Source: Gammaproteobacteria bacterium
GTDB taxonomy: Bacteria; Pseudomonadota; Gammaproteobacteria; GCA-001735895
Reading direction: 5' to 3'
Length of the DNA stretch: 64,000 nt
Assembly: GCA_050298595.1 (NCBI GenBank)
Contig: JBNKUM010000076.1
Location: 75,956-139,955, forward strand
Shown piece after piece: positions 31,364-42,359 of the stretch. The position numbers and the translations under genes are program-made. The notes beneath the pieces are model-generated. The model did not search any database. It was not told the origin of the DNA and saw only the letters and a list, made by a program, of their open reading frames with translations. The first letter of the stretch is position 1, and each line of letters starts with the position of its first letter.

Positions 31364-32269
31364 ATGTCATCCATTGAAACACAGTTTCTAAACCTTAAAG
31401 AACATCACTCGCAATACTCTGATATCGATCCCAAAACTACTTTAAATAAAAGCGCTGCGGGTAAAGTGATTTTTTTGTCCGGCGCATCGCGTGGCATTGG
31501 GCAGGCTACCGCAATAGCATTTGCCGAGGCTGGCGCCGAAGCAATCTATGTCACAGCACGATCAGAAAAAGCCCTTCTGGATACTAAAGCTAAAATTACA
31601 GCGGCAAATCCTGCAACGCAATCTGCATACATGGTTTGTGATGTGACAGATGCTGATCAGGTAAAAGCAGCGATTGAAGATTGTGTAGCCAAATTTGGTG
31701 GTATAGACGTGGCTGATGCCAATGCCGGTTATCTTGGTCCATGGACCAAAATCGGAGAATCTGACATTAGCAGTTGGTGGAATTCCTGGGAAGTTAATGT
31801 AAAAGGCAGCTACTTGCTTGCTCGCTTTTGCCTGCCGCATCTTATCGAGTCTGCACGTAAGCATTCTGCCAAGGGTTCAACAGGTGGCCATTTAATCCTT
31901 ATCTCCTCTGTCGGTGCGCAGCTATTGATGCCGGGAGCCTCTGATTATCAAACCTCAAAACACGCAATCAATCGTCTGTGCGAATTCATAAATGTTGATC
32001 ACGGCGATGATGGCATAAAATCTTTTGCCATCCATCCGGGCGGCGTTGCTACTGATCTGGGCAAAAATATGCCCAGGGAATTGCATCCCTATTTGGTTGA
32101 TGAACCAGAACTGGCCGCAGGATTCATTGTCTGGCTCTGTTCTGGTCAGGCTGACTGGGCAAGTGGTCGTTATTTGAGTAGTAACTGGGATGTTAATGAA
32201 TTACTGCAAATGAAAGAAAAAATCATCAATGATGATTTACTGGTAAATCGTTTGCGTACCAGGGCTTAA
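31364..32269 (+). CDS. Classical SDR oxidoreductase
   Basis: SGASRGIG, NAG, SS..YQTSK, HPGGVAT. Confidence 0.93.
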   Translation: MSSIETQFLNLKEHHSQYSDIDPKTTLNKSAAGKVIFLSGASRGIGQATAIAFAEAGAEAIYVTARSEKALLDTKAKITAANPATQSAYMVCDVTDADQVKAAIEDCVAKFGGIDVADANAGYLGPWTKIGESDISSWWNSWEVNVKGSYLLARFCLPHLIESARKHSAKGSTGGHLILISSVGAQLLMPGASDYQTSKHAINRLCEFINVDHGDDGIKSFAIHPGGVATDLGKNMPRELHPYLVDEPELAAGFIVWLCSGQADWASGRYLSSNWDVNELLQMKEKIINDDLLVNRLRTRA

Positions 32270-32389
32270 GGACTGATGTATCGCGTTTGATATTGCTACA
32301 GGTTTGCCCTGCCCTTAAAAAAGGGAAACAAGTACGACGATGATCTGGGCACCGAACTTTGGCTCGAATTTATCCGAATACAAATCTTA

Positions 32390-33232
32390 CTATGGCAGTG
32401 CCCACCTTTCTCGGGCATCCATCCAGATCGACTCCAGGCATTTGCTTTGTTTATCCCATTTTTCGCGCAATATTTTAGCTTCGTCAGATTTTCCTGCGCT
32501 GTTTACATCCAGCCACTGAGTTAATAAACCTTTTTCATAATTACATTTCTTAAACATAAGCCGTTCAAACTCAGGCGACGTATCAGGAAGCGATTGAGTA
32601 TCCTGATCGCTCAACCAATAAATATTATCAGATGAGTGAGACTTTATTTTCTCAATTAATCTGGCTGCTACATGATTTATTTCCAACCAGTTTATGTATG
32701 AATCAAAGACATTCTGATACTGTTCCTGGGCAACGTTAAGGTCAAGGTTTGCAAATTCAGCTGGATTAAAGTCTGGACGATGCAGTCCAATAGCATCAGC
32801 AGAAATTAATCTATTAACCGCACCGACAAGAAGGGCGAAGCAGGGACCCGTGCATTTTGGCGTAGCATTATCTGGAGAATTTTCACATTCGTCTGGAAGC
32901 CAGGCCGAGGCGTATACCTGCCCAAAGGTATCAGCGATCTTTAATGCTTCCGATAAACTACCGCCCTGCAAATCAAGCACAAAGGGTGGATTTTTTTCAA
33001 TTAGATACCAGGTATTTTGCCTGAGCCAGCTTGAGATTTTTTCATTGTCACCCTGCACTATCGAACCGCTTAGAACAATCGCTTTATCTGGAAGCTGGCA
33101 TCCATTCTGGGTATTGTGTGAATACTGTATATCCAGGGCTTTTACATTGAATGAAAAAAAGCATACCAAAAATAATAAAGCCGACATTTTTCGAGTTAGT
33201 GATTTTAACCTGCCCACCATATTTTCCACCAA
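32390..33232 (-). CDS. Secreted hypothetical protein, ClpP/crotonase-like (COG3904-like)
   Basis: Signal peptide, LSGSIVQGD, GGSLSEALKI, CTGPC, IGLHRP. Confidence 0.65.
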   Translation of the reverse strand: MVENMVGRLKSLTRKMSALLFLVCFFSFNVKALDIQYSHNTQNGCQLPDKAIVLSGSIVQGDNEKISSWLRQNTWYLIEKNPPFVLDLQGGSLSEALKIADTFGQVYASAWLPDECENSPDNATPKCTGPCFALLVGAVNRLISADAIGLHRPDFNPAEFANLDLNVAQEQYQNVFDSYINWLEINHVAARLIEKIKSHSSDNIYWLSDQDTQSLPDTSPEFERLMFKKCNYEKGLLTQWLDVNSAGKSDEAKILREKWDKQSKCLESIWMDARERWALP

Positions 33233-33423
33233 TTAACATTCATAATTTAACAATTAATCGCCACCGTCGATACAAACAGATCCCGAAAACCTTCAAGCAC
33301 GGTGATCATACTCTAGCGTTGATACCTGATTATTTGTAGCGTTTAAAAAATTTCGACACCGTTGCACCCTGAGGATTCTAGCGCGGCTTGAGGCTGCAAT
33401 AATAACAGGGAAAGAGAGATTAA

Positions 33424-33950
33424 CTAATCATCTTCCACATTTATCTGCACAGAGAAATTAAGCGAGCTACTCACACCTGTACCATTGAAACTACCGATTT
33501 CTGGCATGGTATCGCGCGAGTGTGCCGCAGCTGCAATAGTGACATGAGTGTCCGACACGGGTTCGCCATGAGTCGGATCATATCCGAACCATCCTGTGCC
33601 GGGCAGATAGATTTCCGGCCAGGCATGTAGATCACGACATGCCCCCTGGCGGATCTGCAGGGTTAACGCAGGGCTTTGCCGAGTACCAGAATTACGATGC
33701 ACCGCAGTAAAATCAGTAAATAGCTTACGGTTGAGTTTATCCACAAATTGCAGCGGATCACGATTGACGGCAAGGCTGAGCTCTGCTGCAAAAGCGGTAA
33801 CGGAATCGTCAGTTTCAATACGTTCCAGATAGGCGCTCGCACAGATTGAATCATTTTGGTGCAATCCATTGTTGAGCCCCACTGCGCGGACGTAACATTA
33901 ATTCGAAGGGTGTAGCTTCAGGGATGTCGAAGGTCAATTCGAAGAAAGTA
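33424..33950 (-). pseudogene. Transglutaminase-like protein remnant
   Basis: GACRD immediately fused to LHAWPEIYLPGTGWFGYDPTHG, implying an internal deletion; no clean start. Confidence 0.7.
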
Positions 33951-34196
33951 CGGAGCCACATAAGCTTTATCTTTCATCACGATACAGAACAGGCATCATA
34001 CCTTATTTCCTGCTTATCTATCTGTCATAAAATCTGCAACTGGGCGGCACTAAAAAGGCCAGTTTTCAGGCCAGCAACTACAGACAGGGAGATTCTAGTT
34101 TCGAGACAATGGTGTTTATGATCCAGAAGCCAGACTAGTATTCAGCGGCTATCGGGATGCTACTTAGAATGACCTGATCAGATGTTGCTTAACTTG

Positions 34197-35570
34197 TTAG
34201 CGGTTATTATCTAAATCACTCAGGCGGAATGAGGCAGCTTGCAGCTTGTGCTTGTTCAGCAATTTGTAAAAATCGGTACGATTCCGTTGCGCTAGTCCGG
34301 CGGCCCGGGTGACATTACCCTGGGTCATTTGGAGTAAATGGATCAGGTATTTCTGTTCGAACTCCTGCTGCGCTTCTGACAAGGGTGCTAATACGTCGGT
34401 TTTTCCGCGCAAGGCTCGAATAACCAGTTGTTCTGAAATGACTGGGGTATTACTCAGTACAGCTACCTGCTCTACCACATTGAGTAATTGCCTGATATTA
34501 CCGGGCCAGGGCGCTGTCATCATAAGCTGCAGGGCTTCGGGTGAGAACGAACGCGCAACGCAATCATTTGCACTATCCAGTGCTTTGCGTAAGAAATATT
34601 TTGCCAGTAATGCAATATCTTCACGGCGTTCGGCTAATGTCGGTATTTCGAGCACGACGACGTGCAGGCGGTAGTACAGGTCTTCACGAAAGGTTTTATT
34701 TTCCACTGCCTGCTCAAGGTTTACATGCGTCGCCGAGATAATTCGTACATCAACATCTATAGTCTGGTTACTACCCACCGGACGTATAGTTCTTTCTTCT
34801 AGAACGCGTAATAACTTGGCCTGGAAATCTAGCGGCATGTCACCGATTTCATCGAGAAACAGGGTGCCCTGATCAGCGGTTTCTATCATGCCGATATGAT
34901 TAGTATCAGCACCGGTAAAAGAACCTTTTTTATGACCAAATAATTCTGATTCAAGAAGGTTGTCGGGAATAGCTGCACAGTTAATTGCTACGAACGGTTT
35001 GCTACTGCGTTGACTGGCCTTGTGAATAGCCTGCGCAAGTACTTCTTTACCTGTTCCACTCGCACCCTGGATGAGTATGCTGACATCTGATTTTGCCAGC
35101 CGTAATGCCTGCTTCAACAACTCCTCCATTCCCCAGCTCTGGGTGATAATGTCTGCACGCCAGGCATGATCCTCCGGGTTATGCTGATCACTGTTATGTG
35201 CAGGTGTTTGCTGCAGCGCCTGTTGAATTTCCTTGAGTAATTGCTGGCTGTCAAAAGGTTTGGTGAGATAACTGAATATACCTTTACGCGTTGCATCGAC
35301 AGCACCCGCGATAGTGCCATGCGCAGTTAACAGGATGACTGGAAGCAAGGGATATTCTCGATGGACACGATCAAACAGGGAAAGTCCATCCATGTCGCCC
35401 ATACGCAGGTCGGTGATAACCAGGTGTGGATGAAATACCCTTAATCGAGATAATGCCTGCATTGCATTCTCTGCAGTGTCTATTTCATAACCAGAGCTTT
35501 TCAGACGTATCGACAATAGCTTTAACAGACTCACATCATCATCAACCAATAGAATTTTATATATTGTCAT
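34197..35570 (-). CDS. glrR: Sigma54-dependent response regulator GlrR/QseF
   Basis: REC + AAA+ (GASGTGKE, ESELFGH, GSFTGA, LFLDEIGDMP, WPGNIRQL) + HTH RNRTDFYKLL. Confidence 0.9.
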   Translation of the reverse strand: MTIYKILLVDDDVSLLKLLSIRLKSSGYEIDTAENAMQALSRLRVFHPHLVITDLRMGDMDGLSLFDRVHREYPLLPVILLTAHGTIAGAVDATRKGIFSYLTKPFDSQQLLKEIQQALQQTPAHNSDQHNPEDHAWRADIITQSWGMEELLKQALRLAKSDVSILIQGASGTGKEVLAQAIHKASQRSSKPFVAINCAAIPDNLLESELFGHKKGSFTGADTNHIGMIETADQGTLFLDEIGDMPLDFQAKLLRVLEERTIRPVGSNQTIDVDVRIISATHVNLEQAVENKTFREDLYYRLHVVVLEIPTLAERREDIALLAKYFLRKALDSANDCVARSFSPEALQLMMTAPWPGNIRQLLNVVEQVAVLSNTPVISEQLVIRALRGKTDVLAPLSEAQQEFEQKYLIHLLQMTQGNVTRAAGLAQRNRTDFYKLLNKHKLQAASFRLSDLDNNR

Positions 35571-36160
35571 TGTTGATTATCACTAATAGGGCTGATTACC
35601 GAGCGTTCTTTTTTTTCAATTTCAACCTCGATATTTTTCAGCTGATTGAGTTGCGATTGAAGGGTGTCAAGCTGGCCCTTAAGGGTTTTATTTTCAACTT
35701 CGATTTTTAAGCGATGTTTCTTCTGAGCGCTGATCAGTTTGCGTAATTCCAGGCGTTGCTGTACCTGCAGAAACAATTGATTGCTAAAGAAAATATCACG
35801 ACTTGATAAGGTAGAATCCTGGATCAGTTCCTTTAAGAGCTCAAGTGCTATTTTATCGTTTTGATTTTTGTCGTCGGGCATACTCAGCATGATAGCCTCA
35901 CGCAGTTTGACACAGGCCTCTGTCTCTGTTTCGCCCGAGGTATCATCAGATACTTTGGTGATTGATTCAGTACTTACCACCGGGTCTTGACCTGCACTAT
36001 AGTCATCCAGTGCATCAAAATTACAGTAGGTTGGGCAATTTTCCAAAACGTGAGTCACCACAATGGGTGTTGGGACATTATTAACACTGCTATGCATGCA
36101 ACTGGTTTGCAATATAAAAATACCGATCAATGTTCCATATATAATCTTATTTTCACACAT
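35567..36160 (-). CDS. QseG/YfhG-like lipoprotein
   Basis: Lipobox-like TSC, C-terminal coiled coil QLNQLKNIE; lies between kinase and regulator. Confidence 0.7.
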   Translation of the reverse strand: MCENKIIYGTLIGIFILQTSCMHSSVNNVPTPIVVTHVLENCPTYCNFDALDDYSAGQDPVVSTESITKVSDDTSGETETEACVKLREAIMLSMPDDKNQNDKIALELLKELIQDSTLSSRDIFFSNQLFLQVQQRLELRKLISAQKKHRLKIEVENKTLKGQLDTLQSQLNQLKNIEVEIEKKERSVISPISDNQQ

Positions 36161-37602
36161 TACGTATTATTAACTCCGGCAGTTTGTCGAGGTAAATTCA
36201 CCCGTAAATGGGCACCATTTTTTGCATCAATCACTTTGATCGACCCATGATGTAGTACTACATACCGCTTTGCAATCGCCAGCCCCAGCCCGGTTCCTGA
36301 TACTGAGCGTTGCTGCACATGGCGTCCCTGATAAAACGGCTCAAAAATGCGCGCTATATCCAGAGGATCTATTCCTGGCCCACTGTCCATAACATCCAGT
36401 TGAACATCTTTATCATTTTCTTTCAATGTTATACGAATAGAGGATTTTGAGGGCGAATATTTAATGGCATTTGAAAGCAGGTTATCGATAACAGTAGTCA
36501 ATTGCACCTTATTCCCTTTCAACTCTATTTTTGCCAGATCCAATTTAACGTCTACCGAACCCGACATAAGTTCAAGCTGATGCTTGGCAATAACTTTTTC
36601 TATCAATTGATCAAACGCGATTAATTCAGTATAGATCGGCTTTTCCTGACTTAAAGCCAGATTAAAATCGAGTAAGGCTTCGACTTCTTTTTGCAGTTGT
36701 AAGCCACTTTTATGCAATATATTAACAATATCATCCTGATCTGATGTTAAAGGCCCAGCGACTCTGTCCTGTAACAGGGCAATGCCCTCACTAATAGCTG
36801 TCAACGGTGTTTTTAACTCATGAGAAACGTGTTGCAGGAATATTTTTTTCTGCTGATCAAGTTCAGCTAACTGCTGTCTTAACCAGTCCAGCCGGCGCCC
36901 CAGTTGTTGAATATCCTGAGGGCCGTTTACCTGTACGGGGCTAGTAAAATCCGCACTGCCCAGCTTGTTGATAATACGTCTGAGCTGTTGCAATGGGCGA
37001 GTAATTAATACACTAAAAACCGTTGCAATCAACAGCGCCAGCGGAATTAAAGCCAGCGCCTGCAATAAAATAAACTGTTGAACACTGTTAATACGTTCGC
37101 TCATGTCTGCACTTTTATCATTCACGCTGCTGCTAACATCAAGCGGTAGGTCGCGTACCAGCACTGCAAGGTCAGACAGGTTTTTTAATGCTGGAGTTTC
37201 ATCGGGCTGTCGGCTAGCCTGTTGCAGCTTGTCATACAGTTCTGATTCTGCAACGGTTAACTGTTCAATACGCTGTAATATAACCGAGCTTAAAGTATTG
37301 GAACAAAAGCTCTGTATGCTGCCAAGCAATTGCTTTCGCTGATCCTGATAGCGCTGTAAAAGCTCAGGTTCACGTAACACCCAGTATTGTCCTGCAGTAC
37401 GTTCCAGATTAAGCACCTGAGAAACAATAATACGGCTTGATTCAGTGGTTGAGGACGTTTCAGACAAGGTCTCCTGCATCTTTCGAGACAGTGAGTCAAC
37501 CTTGTAAAAGGTACTAATCAAGGCAATGGTTAAAGGCAATACTACAAGAAAAAAACCAATCAGAATTAATTGTTTGATAGAAGTTGCTATGGAAATGCGC
37601 AA
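36160..37602 (-). CDS. glrK: Sensor histidine kinase GlrK/QseE
   Basis: FLQHVSHELKTPL, NLLSNAIKY, DSGPGI, GTGLGL; synteny with glrR. Confidence 0.88.
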   Translation of the reverse strand: MRISIATSIKQLILIGFFLVVLPLTIALISTFYKVDSLSRKMQETLSETSSTTESSRIIVSQVLNLERTAGQYWVLREPELLQRYQDQRKQLLGSIQSFCSNTLSSVILQRIEQLTVAESELYDKLQQASRQPDETPALKNLSDLAVLVRDLPLDVSSSVNDKSADMSERINSVQQFILLQALALIPLALLIATVFSVLITRPLQQLRRIINKLGSADFTSPVQVNGPQDIQQLGRRLDWLRQQLAELDQQKKIFLQHVSHELKTPLTAISEGIALLQDRVAGPLTSDQDDIVNILHKSGLQLQKEVEALLDFNLALSQEKPIYTELIAFDQLIEKVIAKHQLELMSGSVDVKLDLAKIELKGNKVQLTTVIDNLLSNAIKYSPSKSSIRITLKENDKDVQLDVMDSGPGIDPLDIARIFEPFYQGRHVQQRSVSGTGLGLAIAKRYVVLHHGSIKVIDAKNGAHLRVNLPRQTAGVNNT

Positions 37603-37709
37603 GATATCGGCCCAACTTGAATGGTTTGAATCAGCTATAATTTTATCGTATTAAGCCTGTTGTTATCACAACTATGTCACTTTAAACTGCGTCTTATTTA
37701 CTATTAATC

Positions 37710-37874
37710 TGTCGCTAATTAGAGACACCATAAAACGGCATTGCAAAGCCATTACTGCCTGACTGTCAAATATAACTGTCTGTATTCAGCGACGAAGTCT
37801 TCCATCAAAAATAATTAATTTTTTTATAACTAACTGATATTTAATAATAAATACTGGTTGGCTCAGGACATGCT
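37710..37874 (+). promoter_or_regulatory. GlrR-type sigma54 promoter
   Basis: TGTC-N10-GACA at 37710-37727, TGTC-N10-GACG at 37777-37794, IHF-like TAACTAACTGATA near 37827, -24/-12 TGGCTCAGGACATGCT at 37859-37874. Confidence 0.8.
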
Positions 37875-37948
37875 CTACTCTCTTCCGACGGCAGGACTTA
37901 TCAGTTTTGCCAATAAACTGTTAACAAAATATTTAGGAGACTTCGTTT

Positions 37949-38179
37949 ATGTTAAAAAAATTAACTCTGATTGCTATGGTTGTACTTTTTTCTGCTGCAT
38001 CGGTCGCTGAAGAACAAACTATGTACAATAAACTGGATACCAATAATGATGGTGCCATTAGCCCGATAGAAGCCGTGGCAATGCCGAACTTGAATGACAA
38101 GTGGGTAGAACTGGATACAAATGCTGATGGACAGTTAGACCAGGCTGAATTCGCTAAATTTGAAGAAATTTCTGAATAA
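37949..38179 (+). CDS. Small secreted EF-hand calcium-binding protein
   Basis: Signal peptide; DTNNDGAISPIE and DTNADGQLDQAE; RBS AGGAGA. Confidence 0.9.
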   Translation: MLKKLTLIAMVVLFSAASVAEEQTMYNKLDTNNDGAISPIEAVAMPNLNDKWVELDTNADGQLDQAEFAKFEEISE

Positions 38180-38283
38180 CTGACTGCTTATTTCTGATTT
38201 TTCGTTAACGAAAATCTTATGTTCCCATTGAAGATCAGCCCTTGACTTCCACTCTTTCCACTCGGGAAAGATTTTACCAGGCT

Positions 38284-38841
38284 CTACTCTTTCTCAGTCA
38301 GGGATAGAGTCTGGTTACTTTTTTGCATGACAAGTTGCGTCGGTTCAATATCCAGGCCAGTTTGTTGTTCTTGCGGTATACATTGATTCAAGGAAAGCAT
38401 CGGCGGATCAAACGACATCGCAAATGGTGCTGCACGCATTAACGTAGAGATACCGATTATTTGACGGGAGTTGCCGTTTATCATGACGGCTTGAACATCC
38501 TTGATCAAACAGTTACCCCCAAGGTTTATTGACTCAATTCTATACAGGGGAACCACTCTCTCCGAACCATCAGCCATTTTGCCGCGTAATTCCTTAACAA
38601 AGTGAGCCTGGCCACTACTACTAAGGCTCGTGAGCGTTGTTTCATTGATCACTGAATAAGCTGAACCTGTATCTACCAACATGGAATACTCACCAACGCC
38701 GGGAATCTCAGTATCGATATAGTAGGTATGCGCACCAAAGGTTTGCATTGGAATCAACTGCTCGGGGCTTGCCACAACCTTGGTAGAGGCTAATAAAATT
38801 AATGCTACGAGTAATCTGTTCATCACTTTTCCAATTCTCAA
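38284..38841 (-). CDS. Retropepsin-like aspartic protease
   Basis: MLVDTGSAYSVI, MADGS, IIGISTL. Confidence 0.88.
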   Translation of the reverse strand: MRIGKVMNRLLVALILLASTKVVASPEQLIPMQTFGAHTYYIDTEIPGVGEYSMLVDTGSAYSVINETTLTSLSSSGQAHFVKELRGKMADGSERVVPLYRIESINLGGNCLIKDVQAVMINGNSRQIIGISTLMRAAPFAMSFDPPMLSLNQCIPQEQQTGLDIEPTQLVMQKSNQTLSLTEKE

Positions 38842-39315
38842 CTAGCCGAGAGTCACTTTTCTATGCATAGATAAACCTCATCAATAACGCTCACCTATAT
38901 TTCATACTACAACTAATGTATGCATGCCTTTAAATTGTAGTTAAATGCTAGCGCTTTGATGGAATGAGAGTCACAAAACCGAGGAACGGGGGTAAATAGA
39001 AGACTGTCGGTGCTCAGGGATGAATCATTTGCAGGCAATTATTAGGAAGCATAAGCGCAACATCATTCCCTCATAAGCATCCACAACATGCCTCATCCTA
39101 CTCGACTAGATAGATTTTGTTTGCATGAAAAGGAGAGGAATGGACCAGAAAATGTGCACTATAAAGCAATATCGCCAACATACTTAACCAGTGGCCCAGC
39201 TTAAAAGCATCATAAAAACTAAGGAAACAACCAGAGTCTGGTACGTAAAAAATTTTATTCGTATCTGGAATCGGCTGATGGGTGGCCCCCAGTTATTCAA
39301 TGATATTGGCTATCT

Positions 39316-39570
39316 GTGAATTTGATGGTACAACAACGAGTTAACAATCGTCCGGGGCGAATAGGATCCAAAACGGTAAAACTTAGGCCTAAGCCGCATC
39401 CATTGCCAAATACACTCGGTCTCTGGCCAGAAATCAGTCAAGGTTTTAGGCCCCCTAAGCGGCTTAAGCAAGTCATATTCGCTTCTTCGATCCGGACCAC
39501 CCGTAGTCGGCGCATAAGAAATCAAGGGCTGCGAATATAGAGGCCGCATCGATAATGACATAAGTAAGGG
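39316..39570 (+). pseudogene. IS4-family transposase C-terminal remnant
   Basis: QQRVNNRPGRIGSKTVKLRPKPHPL resembles the IS4 tail RPGRxEPRxxKRRPKPYP. Confidence 0.5.
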
Positions 39571-39818
39571 GGAATCAACGAATCTGCCCCCCGTTATTCA
39601 TGGATAAATTTAAACTGGTCAGGCAAAATATAGTCTAAACTTACTAGTAATGAATTTGACAAGCCTGTGATGAAGGATAACCACTCAAACCACAATATAT
39701 TTAAGGATGATTTAATCATTCGATCCGAGTTAACTCTATAAAATGCTATGGTGAAGATATCACTAATAAGCAGAAAAATTTTATTTCACGCTATTTTACC
39801 CTTGCAGCTTTAGTATCG

Positions 39819-42359
39819 ATGTCTGTATTAAATCGTGTAGTCCCAAATAATAAAGTCGGCTTTTTTACACGAACGATCCTGTTGTTAAGCGTTATATTGA
39901 CGTTATTTCATCCCACGCAATCTTTAGCTGAAAATTTTAAAATCTACACTGAAGAGTACCCACCCTACAATTACAGCGAAAATGGAAATATCACTGGCAT
40001 CTCCACAGAAATTGTACGCGAGATACTGCACAGGATTAACCACCCGGACACTATTGAAGTATCCTCCTGGTCGACGGCATACCATCTGATTAAGGAAGAA
40101 GATTATATAGCTCTGTATTCCACTACCAGAGCCCCGTTTCGTGAAAACCTGTTTAAATGGGTAGGGCCGCTGGTCCCTAACAATACCGTATTATTTGCAC
40201 GAACCACTGATGGTGTTTCGATTGGCTCTATTGACGATGCGAGAAAGGTCGGACAAATAGGCGTTTACAAGGATGATTATGGGGAACTCCTGTTAAAGCA
40301 AAAAGGCTTCACGAATCTACGTCCCGCACTTGATAACAGATCAAATCTAAAAAACCTGATCGATGGCAAAATTGATCTATGGATTATCAATGAACTCACA
40401 GGCAACCAGATGGCCCGGGAAGCTGGGCAGGCAAATCTGATCAAAAAAGTTTTTGATGTACAAAAAGAGTTTATGTATATCGCTTTCTCGAAAAACACAC
40501 CAGACGAGGTCATAGATAAATGGCAAAAGGCGCTCGACGAAATTAAATCAGATGGAACATATGCCCAGATTTTTAGCAAATGGATAATGTTTTCATTATC
40601 TGAAGACTTAAATCCAAAGCATCTGATAACACTTACTCAGGAAGAGCAAAATTGGCTCGATAAACATCCTGTTATATCCATGGCTTCCGATCCCACCTGG
40701 CCTCCCATAGAGTTTTACGATAATAAAGGCATTTATAGAGGAATGACTGCAGACTATATCGCTTTACTGGAAGATAAACTGGGTATCACTTTTGCCACCA
40801 ATCGATATAAAAACTGGGAAAGTGTTTTGTCTGCGGCGAAAGATCGCAAAATCAGTTTGATCACGGCTGTAGCAGCCACAACCGAAAGAAAAAAATACCT
40901 GCTTTTCAGCAAACCTTACCTGCACATACCGACCGCGATAATCGTAAATAATAAAGTTCAAGGTCAGCTAACTATGCAAGATTTAAAAGGAAAAAAAGTA
41001 TCTGTGGTTTCGGGCTACGCAGTGCATGAATACATGAAGAATAATTACCCGGGAATAGAAGTGCTCCCCGTGATAAACACGCTTGAAGGTCTACGTAATG
41101 TCGCCTATGGAAAATCTTATGCACTGATTGCGAATGTAGCGACATCATCCTATTTAATAGAAACAGAAGTCATTCCAAACCTTCGCATAGCTGGTGAATC
41201 TGGATATACCTACAATCTGGCTTTGGCTACACGAAAAGACTGGCCACTGCTGAACACAATTCTGGATAAAGCGCTTGATTCTATTACGCCTGAAGAGCAA
41301 CAGAAGATATTCAGAAAATGGGTAACTATTGCAGACAAACCATGGATTACCGTGAAACAGTATATTATCGGTTCAAGCATTGTAGTGGGCGTCTTTTTTA
41401 TTGTTGGAATCGTACTCTGGAACCGACAGCTGAGTCACAAAGTCGAGGCAAGAACACGAGAGCTTATGGCCACTAAAGAGAACTTTAAAAATCTTTATAA
41501 AACCGCCCTGGTCGGTCTATTCCGCTCAAGCATAGATGGAACAAAAATCTATGCCGCCAATCCGGCATTTGCCAAGTTGTTTGGTTTTGAATCGGATAAC
41601 CAGGTAATAGCGAAATTTATTCCCAATAAAAGTTACGTAGACAAAACGCAAGTTGATGAGCTAATGGGTAGACTATTCAAAGAAGGAAAAGTAGAAGAAT
41701 TTGAATATCTGGGTAGACGCCTGGACGGCTCTACGAGGGACTTTATATTAAACGCTTTTCTATATAAGGAAGAAGGATACATCGAAGGGGCGATACTGGA
41801 TATCACCGAACGCAAGAAGAACGATGAGATCATTCGTAAGCTTGCAATGACCGACCCGCTAACGGGCCTTGCCAACAGGAACCAGTTTAACAGCAAACTG
41901 AATGAAGCTATTACTTATAGCAAACGCTTCAAGCAAATGATAGGTCTACTGCTTATCGACCTGGATGACTTTAAACCTGTTAACGATAACTACGGACACC
42001 TGATGGGGGATAAACTTTTAATACACGTAGCAAAAGTACTCAAAGAAAGTTTTCGTCAGGTAGATACTGCAGCAAGAATGGGGGGCGATGAGTTTGCCGT
42101 TATTCTGAATGGTGTACAATCCAGAGAGGATGCATTGCGCTTGGCTGAAAAAGTATTGGCTCGTTTAACAACAGCAGCACATATCGACCAGCACAGCATT
42201 AAAATTGGAGCAAGTTTGGGGTTATGTTTCTTCCCTGAAGATGCAGGCAATGTTGAAGCAATGCTACACAATGCAGATAAGGCACTCTACAAAGCAAAAG
42301 CGCTCGGTAAAAACCAGATATGTTTTCACCAAAACGATACCAAGACAGAAAGCCAATAA
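39819..42359 (+). CDS. Diguanylate cyclase with two periplasmic binding domains, PAS and GGDEF
   Basis: TEEYPPYN and DPTWPPIEF SBP3 domains, TM, PAS, DPLTGLANR, RMGGDEF. Confidence 0.92.
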   Translation: MSVLNRVVPNNKVGFFTRTILLLSVILTLFHPTQSLAENFKIYTEEYPPYNYSENGNITGISTEIVREILHRINHPDTIEVSSWSTAYHLIKEEDYIALYSTTRAPFRENLFKWVGPLVPNNTVLFARTTDGVSIGSIDDARKVGQIGVYKDDYGELLLKQKGFTNLRPALDNRSNLKNLIDGKIDLWIINELTGNQMAREAGQANLIKKVFDVQKEFMYIAFSKNTPDEVIDKWQKALDEIKSDGTYAQIFSKWIMFSLSEDLNPKHLITLTQEEQNWLDKHPVISMASDPTWPPIEFYDNKGIYRGMTADYIALLEDKLGITFATNRYKNWESVLSAAKDRKISLITAVAATTERKKYLLFSKPYLHIPTAIIVNNKVQGQLTMQDLKGKKVSVVSGYAVHEYMKNNYPGIEVLPVINTLEGLRNVAYGKSYALIANVATSSYLIETEVIPNLRIAGESGYTYNLALATRKDWPLLNTILDKALDSITPEEQQKIFRKWVTIADKPWITVKQYIIGSSIVVGVFFIVGIVLWNRQLSHKVEARTRELMATKENFKNLYKTALVGLFRSSIDGTKIYAANPAFAKLFGFESDNQVIAKFIPNKSYVDKTQVDELMGRLFKEGKVEEFEYLGRRLDGSTRDFILNAFLYKEEGYIEGAILDITERKKNDEIIRKLAMTDPLTGLANRNQFNSKLNEAITYSKRFKQMIGLLLIDLDDFKPVNDNYGHLMGDKLLIHVAKVLKESFRQVDTAARMGGDEFAVILNGVQSREDALRLAEKVLARLTTAAHIDQHSIKIGASLGLCFFPEDAGNVEAMLHNADKALYKAKALGKNQICFHQNDTKTESQ

